Shown here: positions 57,169 through 64,000 of the stretch, piece by piece
Numbering within the stretch: the first letter of the stretch is position 1
Layout of the letters: every line of letters begins with the position of its first letter
Virus record (IMG/VR): IMGVR_UViG_3300010885_031309
Length of the DNA stretch: 64,000 nt
Reading direction: 5' to 3' (one strand)
DNA from: a virus
Taxonomy: Duplodnaviria; Caudoviricetes
The notes under the pieces: generated by a model
What the model was told of the DNA's origin: nothing
Database searches by the model: none
What the model saw: only the letters and a program-made list of their open reading frames with translations
Translations under genes and position numbers: made by a program

Positions 57169-59175
57169 ATGGCCGATAAAAAAACAGCGGAACAATGGAA
57201 GCAGACTGCTACAGAATTGAAGAAAAAGTTAGATACACTAACCAAAGAGTTTTCTGACATAAATTCAAACATACAAGAATCTTCCGATATAGTAGCTGAC
57301 GCTGAAAATTCATATCAGCGTGCTAGTAATAATTTGGTTAATTTATTAGCTAGCGGTGCAAACACAGAAGATTTACAAAAGGCAAGAGCACAGGTAGCAG
57401 AAACTAGGTCATATCTTAATAGTAGTAAAGATAATCTAGCTGCGTATAACAACTTAAAATCTCAATACAATCAACAAGTAAATCAGTTAAATTCAAACAT
57501 TCTAGCGGCAGAGCAACAGATACAAAAAGCCGAGTCTAGTCCAACAGGTACAACATCAAACACTTCACCAGCTAATTCTAATCCTGGTAATAATACAGAT
57601 GCCTCTACTACAGATACTAGTCAATTGCCAACACAATCTGCAACTCCCGTAACAGATACTGGTGTTGCACAAACTTTTGCCGTAGATCCCAGACCAGTTC
57701 CGCAATCGCGAGCTAATGAGGATCAGAATACTACAGACGCAGACACAACAACTAGATCTATTTCCACTGCGACTCCCGTAACAGATACTGGTGTTGCACA
57801 AACTTTTGCCGTAGATCCCAGACCAGTTCCGCAATCGCGAGCTATTGATGATCAGAATACAACAGACACAGACGCACCAACTAGATCCTTAAGTACTCCT
57901 CCCGTAACAGATACTGGTGTTGCACAAACTTTTGCCGTAGATCCCAGACCAGTTCCGCAATCGCGAGCTATTGATGATCAGAATACTACAGCCGCAGGCG
58001 CAACAACTAGATCCTTAAGTACTCCTCCCGTAACAGACACTGGTGTTGCACAAACTCTTGCTGTAGAACCCAGACCAGCTCCGCAATCGCGAGCTAATGA
58101 GGATCAGAATACTACAGCCGCAGGCGCAACAACTAGATCCTTAAGTGCTCCGCCAGCGACAGTCACAGACACTGAGTTTGGTGATTTAGAGGGTGCAATA
58201 AAATTACAGCAGACTATAAATCAAAACACCAGCGGCCTACCAATAATATCAAGTGATGGAAGTCAATTACCTAATTTACTAAGAAATCCAGAAACTGGTG
58301 AAGCATATACTCCTGTAAGCTCACTTGACGCTCTCAAGGTAAACTCAAACGCTTCCTCAAATAAGTCTCAGACATCTACAACTGTTGCTACTCCAAAAGA
58401 ATCAGTTGATGATTGGAGATTCAGAATTAGTTTAGCAGACAGTGCAAATTACTTCTACAAGATTGCAGAGGATGCCGATCTGCTACATCCACTAAAGGCT
58501 ACCAATGGAGTTATATATCCATACACGCCAACAATTCAAGTTTCATATGTTGCAAACTATGACAGTGTTGATTTAACTCATTCAAATTATAGATCTTATA
58601 ACTATAAAAACAGTGCTGTAGACAACATCAGTATTACTGGTGACTTTACTGCACAGGATTCAACTGAAGCTGCATATTTACTTGCAGTAATGCATTTCTT
58701 CAAATGTGCTACAAAAATGTTTTATGGAAAAGACACAAACCCAAAAGCTGGAACTCCACCGCCACTGTGTTATCTTACTGGACATGGAGCCTACACATTT
58801 GACAAACATCCAGTTGTGATTACTGGGTTTACAATTAATTATCCTAATGATGTAGATTACATAAGTACAAGGAACGATGTCAATTATTCTTTGCCAACAT
58901 ATAACAAACCAGTAATATCAAAGCCATCTAGGTTAGATAGACTCTTAAAATCAGGGCTAGACAAGGGCGGAACTGCTGCGCCGGAAGAAGTAGCTAGCAA
59001 TAAAACACAAACTAGCAACAGGCCACTGACTAGAGTTCCGTCTAAAATTCAATTATCAATAACTGCGCTTCCAATTGTGACAAGAAATAATATCAGTAAC
59101 AATTTCAGTCTTAAAGATTATGCCACTGGTTCTCTGCTAAGAGGATCTATCAACAAGATAGGAGGAATTTGGTAA
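57169..59175 (+). CDS. Baseplate/tail-tube initiator-like protein with coiled-coil and repeat N-terminus
   Basis: C-terminal GVIYPYTPTI...ISITGDFTAQ...PPPLCYL...VVITGFTINYP tube-like domain. Confidence 0.55.
   Translation: MADKKTAEQWKQTATELKKKLDTLTKEFSDINSNIQESSDIVADAENSYQRASNNLVNLLASGANTEDLQKARAQVAETRSYLNSSKDNLAAYNNLKSQYNQQVNQLNSNILAAEQQIQKAESSPTGTTSNTSPANSNPGNNTDASTTDTSQLPTQSATPVTDTGVAQTFAVDPRPVPQSRANEDQNTTDADTTTRSISTATPVTDTGVAQTFAVDPRPVPQSRAIDDQNTTDTDAPTRSLSTPPVTDTGVAQTFAVDPRPVPQSRAIDDQNTTAAGATTRSLSTPPVTDTGVAQTLAVEPRPAPQSRANEDQNTTAAGATTRSLSAPPATVTDTEFGDLEGAIKLQQTINQNTSGLPIISSDGSQLPNLLRNPETGEAYTPVSSLDALKVNSNASSNKSQTSTTVATPKESVDDWRFRISLADSANYFYKIAEDADLLHPLKATNGVIYPYTPTIQVSYVANYDSVDLTHSNYRSYNYKNSAVDNISITGDFTAQDSTEAAYLLAVMHFFKCATKMFYGKDTNPKAGTPPPLCYLTGHGAYTFDKHPVVITGFTINYPNDVDYISTRNDVNYSLPTYNKPVISKPSRLDRLLKSGLDKGGTAAPEEVASNKTQTSNRPLTRVPSKIQLSITALPIVTRNNISNNFSLKDYATGSLLRGSINKIGGIW
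57646..58173 (+). repeat. Four 126-129-bp coding repeats plus a partial fifth
   Basis: Units start at 57646, 57775, 57901 and 58027 (PVTDTGVAQTFAVDPRPVPQSRA...). Confidence 0.95.
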
Positions 59176-59474
59176 TGTCTTATCCTTTGAATAGTCCTTA
59201 TTACGATAGTTACATTATTAATAATCAATACTTGGATGTAATGATTAATCGGCCAATAATTGGAGATCCATCTGATGTATATTGGACTATAACACCGACA
59301 TATCATTTGCGACCTGATTTGTTAGCATATGATTTATATAATGACAGTAGGCTGTGGTGGGTATTTTCTCAGAGAAATCCCAACACATTAAAAGATCCGC
59401 TGTTTGACTTTGTGCATGGTATTAATATTTACATACCAAAACAAACACAACTTTCCAGATTATTGGGAACTTAA
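59175..59474 (+). CDS. gp53: Baseplate wedge protein, gp53/LysM-like
   Basis: RPDLLAYDLYNDSRLWWVF; TAATG overlap with the upstream gene. Confidence 0.7.
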   Translation: MSYPLNSPYYDSYIINNQYLDVMINRPIIGDPSDVYWTITPTYHLRPDLLAYDLYNDSRLWWVFSQRNPNTLKDPLFDFVHGINIYIPKQTQLSRLLGT

Positions 59475-62030
59475 ATGGCTACTGTAGTAGATGACGAAAA
59501 CAAAAACAAAGCTGAAACAGCTAACCCGTCTTCATCTGAAGATGTAATTACTACCAATTTGCGTAGAAGAAATCCTCTTAGTAATTACAGTAGTTACACA
59601 TACAATATAACATTGTACATGGTTACTCCTGAGGCAATCTCTGAATTTATAAGTTCTGGCAAATTTAAGCGAGGTAGCTCAGGATACTATATACTTGCTC
59701 AAAGCGGTGGTATACATCCATCTGAGCCTAGATTACTTACTAAAAACGACAAGCTTGGACCAGGAGCTGGATTAGATTATTATATAGAAGATTTGGATTT
59801 TGAAATACTCATGCCAGGTGGAGATAAAACTCCATCGGTGGGTACCACTATGAATTTCAAAATAGTTGAGCCTACTGGATTTACACTGTTTACTAAATGG
59901 GCCAAAGCATGTAACGCTATAAACTTAGAGAGTGAAATATTAAAACAGGGAGTAAAGCCTAATTTATTTCAACAGCATTATGTTGTTGGAATAAGATTTT
60001 ATGGATATGATGAAGCTGGAAACATTATCAGTGGGAAAGAATTTAGTCAGAAAGAAAAATCGGGATATGTAGACGCTGAAACCGCACTGACTGATGATTT
60101 TGCGTCATTTGAAAGATTTTTCCCAATTTTAATTGGAAAAGCAACATACAAGCTTGATGGAAGAGCAGTTACTTATAATATTGAAGCATTATCGCTTAAT
60201 TTACAGGCTGCATTTGGCGCTAAGCGTGGATTGATTAGAAAACAAACTAATATAGTTGCCAACACTGTTGGAGAAGCACTGCAAGCAGACGAAAAATCTA
60301 CAAACTCTAGTCGTGGTCTTATGCAAATATTAAATGAGCAAGAGCTTGAAGAACGAGATGGTAAATTAATTTCAGAGCCTACAAAGTACAGTATTGAATG
60401 GAATTTAAAAGAAACAATAAAAACTGAAAAATTAAACAATGATAAAGAATTTTTAAATCAATTGGCAGCTATGCCGGGTGTTAACCGCACTGGCGACTCA
60501 AATGCAAAAACATCAGAGAATGCACAAACAATTCCGACTGGAAAACAAGTTATTCCTATAGCGGCTGGAACTTCTATACTCAGCGTAATTGATAATATCA
60601 TTACAAAAAGTGAATACATCAGCAAAGCCATGATTGCTGAAAATGATGCAGCGATTGAAACTGCTACTAAGAAAAATCAATCTGTTCTGGAATTAAATTG
60701 GTTCACTGTTAATCCAATAGTAACGCCGATAAAGTTTGACTCAAAAACCAATGACTGGGCGTATGACATTAAGTATCAAATACAAGAGTATAAAATTCCA
60801 TATCTTAGATTTTTATATAAAGCAAGTAGTCCCAGATACTATGGACCGCATAAAGAATATAATTTCTTTTTAACTGGACAGAACACAGAAGTAATTAGTT
60901 ACGAACAAAACTACGATAATCAGTTTTATATCATTGCAGCAATGAGTACATCAAATGAAATTGATGTTACAAAAAGCGTTGGAACTGTGCCAATAAAACC
61001 TCAAGCTACTAGCGGCAAATCTCCAACACTTGGCAAACAAAACAAGGGCAGTGAAATCAACAATAATTATAGGGCAACTGTAGCAAGCGTTGCTGATCAG
61101 GCTATTGCAACAGTTAAAATTATTGGAGACCCAGACTATCTAATGCAAAATGTCAGTGCTGCTCCAAAATTTACTAGCTCTAATTTTCAAAAAATGTACG
61201 GCGGAGATGGATACAGTATAAATCCATATGGCGGTCAAATATTCTTTGAGATAATATTTAGATTAGCAGAAGATTATGCTGATGATGGACTGTTGGATGT
61301 CAACGATCAGATAAAGTTTTATTCTACATTTGATGCATCTCAGAGTAAGATAAAGGGAGTAGTGTATAGACTTATTAAGGTAAAAAATACATTTAGCAAG
61401 GGCACATTTACACAAGAGATTGAGGGTATCTTAGTACAAGAAAATCAGCTTAACTTGGATAATAAGGAATCTACTGCACAGGCTCAACGATCAGAAACCG
61501 CAGTTGAACAGGCATCTCGTCCTGAAAAACCAATAAGTAATACAACACCTACTAGAGTTACTAAAGCGCAAAGTGATAGTGTTCCAAACTCATCGGCTTC
61601 TAACTCACCGGCAGCCGAAATAAGACCAGATTTGAGAAAACCACAGAGTTCATTGGCTAAGGGAGTTCAACAGCGATTGAACAGACAATTTGGACCCGAC
61701 TCATCTGCATCAGTGCTAGCAGAAAGTCCAGCGTATATAGAGTCAAAAAATCGTGACCGGTCCTCAAGAAATGCTTTATATCGGGCAGAAGTAACTTATG
61801 GAAATCAAAAAACAATAGATACGCTTATTGGTCCAGTTGTTGATGATGAGAGTAGTACCGCTAGAACAACTAGAGCGTTAAAACAAATAAATGAAAACAT
61901 CGCAGAGAATAAAAAATTAGAAAGTAGATACAACACACAATTGATAGAAAAAATGACAAAACGGCCAGTTATTTCAATTGAAGGACTGGATCCAAAAAGT
62001 TTAATACCAAAAACTAGAGATGGTGGTTAA
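59475..62030 (+). CDS. Large baseplate hub-like structural protein
   Basis: Lies between gp53-like and gp5-like genes; IIGDPDYL and GTFTQEIEG. Confidence 0.5.
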   Translation: MATVVDDENKNKAETANPSSSEDVITTNLRRRNPLSNYSSYTYNITLYMVTPEAISEFISSGKFKRGSSGYYILAQSGGIHPSEPRLLTKNDKLGPGAGLDYYIEDLDFEILMPGGDKTPSVGTTMNFKIVEPTGFTLFTKWAKACNAINLESEILKQGVKPNLFQQHYVVGIRFYGYDEAGNIISGKEFSQKEKSGYVDAETALTDDFASFERFFPILIGKATYKLDGRAVTYNIEALSLNLQAAFGAKRGLIRKQTNIVANTVGEALQADEKSTNSSRGLMQILNEQELEERDGKLISEPTKYSIEWNLKETIKTEKLNNDKEFLNQLAAMPGVNRTGDSNAKTSENAQTIPTGKQVIPIAAGTSILSVIDNIITKSEYISKAMIAENDAAIETATKKNQSVLELNWFTVNPIVTPIKFDSKTNDWAYDIKYQIQEYKIPYLRFLYKASSPRYYGPHKEYNFFLTGQNTEVISYEQNYDNQFYIIAAMSTSNEIDVTKSVGTVPIKPQATSGKSPTLGKQNKGSEINNNYRATVASVADQAIATVKIIGDPDYLMQNVSAAPKFTSSNFQKMYGGDGYSINPYGGQIFFEIIFRLAEDYADDGLLDVNDQIKFYSTFDASQSKIKGVVYRLIKVKNTFSKGTFTQEIEGILVQENQLNLDNKESTAQAQRSETAVEQASRPEKPISNTTPTRVTKAQSDSVPNSSASNSPAAEIRPDLRKPQSSLAKGVQQRLNRQFGPDSSASVLAESPAYIESKNRDRSSRNALYRAEVTYGNQKTIDTLIGPVVDDESSTARTTRALKQINENIAENKKLESRYNTQLIEKMTKRPVISIEGLDPKSLIPKTRDGG

Positions 62031-62032
62031 TT

Positions 62033-64000
62033 ATGGCAATTGACAGTCAGAAAAAATTAGGAACTATTGCATCGTATAAAGATGACAGAGACGGCGCTGT
62101 ACTTATTTCGCATCCAGTAATTGCAATTGTGAAAAGCAATGTAGACCCAACTCGTAATGGACAGGTATGGGTCTATATAGAAAATTATGGCGGAATTGAT
62201 CCGAACGACGCTAAGAATTGGCTTCCTGTTCGCTATATGAGTCCATATTATGGTACATCATCGGACATGGATTCCAAGAAAAACATTGACAGAACAGGCG
62301 AGGGATCATTCACTAACAATCCTCACAGTTACGGTATGTGGACTGGATCACCAAGTGTTGGCTCGCGTGTCATCTGTATATTCATTAATGGTCGCTCAGA
62401 CATGGGATACTACATTGGATATGCTCCGTCAATTGGATCTCACTCTATGGTTCCAGCGATTGCTTCTTCTAGTAATGTAGTTCCAAACGACACAGAAGCT
62501 GAAAATTATGCTGGAGCGACCAGATTACCAACAGCAGAGGTAAATCTAGGAAATCCTGGCAAGCGAAACAGCAGAACTATAAACAGCGATCCCAAGCCAA
62601 TTCACAGCTATCAAGCATCTATATTGAGTAATCAGGGCTTGGTTCGCGACAATATCAGAGGTACGATAGGTAGTAGTAGTTCTCGCGAAACACCCAGTAA
62701 TGTTGTTGGAATCAGCACGCCCGGTCGCCCGATATACGAGGGTGGATATAACAGTAAAACTATACAAGACGCGATCAAAACGGGCGACACGAGCAAATTA
62801 AAGCAAATAGGTAGTCTTGGTGGTCACTCAATAGTTATGGATGACGGTCAATTGACTGGTGAAGATCAGCTTGTGCGAATTAGAACTGGTGCGGGTCATC
62901 AAATCATGCTGAGTGATAGTGGACAGAGCGTATTTATTATACACAGTAACGGACACAGTTGGATAGAACTCGGAAAAGAGGGAACAGTTGATATATATGC
63001 CGCTAATAGTTTTAATGTAAGAACAGTTGGAGATATTAACTTTCATGCAGACAGAGACATCAATATGCATGCTAAAAGAAATCTCAATTTATTTGGAGAT
63101 TCTGTAAAAATAGATAGCGATCAAAGTATTGGAGTATATGCAGAGAAAGATATTCTCTCTCAATCAGGCGGAAAATACAGTGTAAAGTCTGGCTCTACAC
63201 TTAGTATTGAAAGTCAGGGTAATAGTAACTATAAAAGTGGGGGTATTAATTATATTCGCGGCAAAAAGATACATCTTAACACTGGAGATGGTCCTGCCGC
63301 GGACACTGTTCCAAAAGCATCTTTTAAAAATCACAAGGATACTAGCTACAGTGAAAAAGTAGGCTGGATACAACCTAGCCCAAATCCACTGTTAAGTATT
63401 GTTACACGGGCTCCAACACATCAGCCCTGGGATGGAGCAAACAAGGGCGTTGATGTAGAAATAAAAACAGTGGCTGCACCCGGGCAAGAACCTAGTGAAG
63501 ATGTAAAAGCAACAAACAATACTGCGCCAGAAGCTCCAAGCACACCTACTACTCCAGAAGCGGTTCAAACTGTTCCTGCCGCAGCAGCAGTAAAGGCAGG
63601 CTCAGAAACTCTAATTGATGGTTCAACTATGAAGGCTGCCGTATCACAGCAGGCTGCTATTAATACAACTTTAAGTGAAGCAGACAAAGCAGCACAAGGA
63701 ATCGCGCCCGGACCTGGTGGAGTCAGCATAAGACAACTAGAAGGAAATATTACTAAAGTTGGTACATCGGAATTTATTGCAGACAAAATGAAAGCAGGTA
63801 TGTCTTTTGCCGAGTCTGCTGGTAAAACATTAATGATTGGCGCAGAAGGGGCAAAAACAGCAGAACAATTTGCAACAAATGCAAAATCACAAGTTACCAC
63901 AATTGCGTCTAGTATGCAAAAATCAGCTACTGAATTAATCACCAAAGGTGTAATTTCTGGAAAAGAAGCGACAACTCAAGTAACAGGAATAGTCATGGCT
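62033..64000 (+). CDS. gp5: gp5/VgrG-like baseplate spike protein, runs off the right edge (absent from ORF track)
   Basis: OB-fold motifs DPTRNGQVWV and PSVGSRVICIFING; RIRTGAGHQIMLSD; IYAANSFNVRTVGDINFHA beta-helix repeats. Confidence 0.7.
   Translation, partial: MAIDSQKKLGTIASYKDDRDGAVLISHPVIAIVKSNVDPTRNGQVWVYIENYGGIDPNDAKNWLPVRYMSPYYGTSSDMDSKKNIDRTGEGSFTNNPHSYGMWTGSPSVGSRVICIFINGRSDMGYYIGYAPSIGSHSMVPAIASSSNVVPNDTEAENYAGATRLPTAEVNLGNPGKRNSRTINSDPKPIHSYQASILSNQGLVRDNIRGTIGSSSSRETPSNVVGISTPGRPIYEGGYNSKTIQDAIKTGDTSKLKQIGSLGGHSIVMDDGQLTGEDQLVRIRTGAGHQIMLSDSGQSVFIIHSNGHSWIELGKEGTVDIYAANSFNVRTVGDINFHADRDINMHAKRNLNLFGDSVKIDSDQSIGVYAEKDILSQSGGKYSVKSGSTLSIESQGNSNYKSGGINYIRGKKIHLNTGDGPAADTVPKASFKNHKDTSYSEKVGWIQPSPNPLLSIVTRAPTHQPWDGANKGVDVEIKTVAAPGQEPSEDVKATNNTAPEAPSTPTTPEAVQTVPAAAAVKAGSETLIDGSTMKAAVSQQAAINTTLSEADKAAQGIAPGPGGVSIRQLEGNITKVGTSEFIADKMKAGMSFAESAGKTLMIGAEGAKTAEQFATNAKSQVTTIASSMQKSATELITKGVISGKEATTQVTGIVMA

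Noticed and set aside
57646-58173. CRISPR array (also considered for 1-196 and 44912-45045)
   Set aside because: The units are multiples of three, in frame within proteins and lack unique spacers; no cas genes are present.
62250-63945. Short ORFs within the last 2 kb
   Set aside because: They are alternate-frame or antisense to the gp5-like gene that runs off the window.

Overview
A 64-kb AT-rich segment of a large T4-like myophage genome, read in the standard genetic code. I found no tRNAs, CRISPR arrays or reverse transcriptase. Left to right it holds: a partial tail-fibre gene; small late/virion genes; replication and recombination genes (frameshifted gp41 helicase, primase, a 203-aa DnaE-like protein, UvsW, UvsY, UvsX, gp32); a GC-richer array of early genes, most with their own near-identical sigma70 promoter; putative head-packaged proteins, terminase, major capsid, scaffold, protease and portal; a tape-measure-like gene and a gp26-like gene; a ~750-bp structured non-coding region; resolvase, gp46/47 and gp55; and a baseplate module that runs off the right edge. 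Mobile elements are four inteins (UvsW, gp46, two in portal), two antisense Hef-like endonuclease genes and a GIY-YIG remnant. The most interesting signals are: (i) a canonical -1 frameshift cassette joining the gp26-like gene to the next ORF; (ii) a candidate origin with iteron-like repeats and twin GAGC(GC/AA)AGCGAG hairpins next to a ~330-nt structured RNA candidate; (iii) a minimal DnaE; (iv) widespread leaderless gene starts; (v) a set of proteins with capsid-targeting-like leaders, including a ligase-like/HxGH nucleotidyltransferase fusion. All family calls come from motif recognition by eye; no database searches were run.
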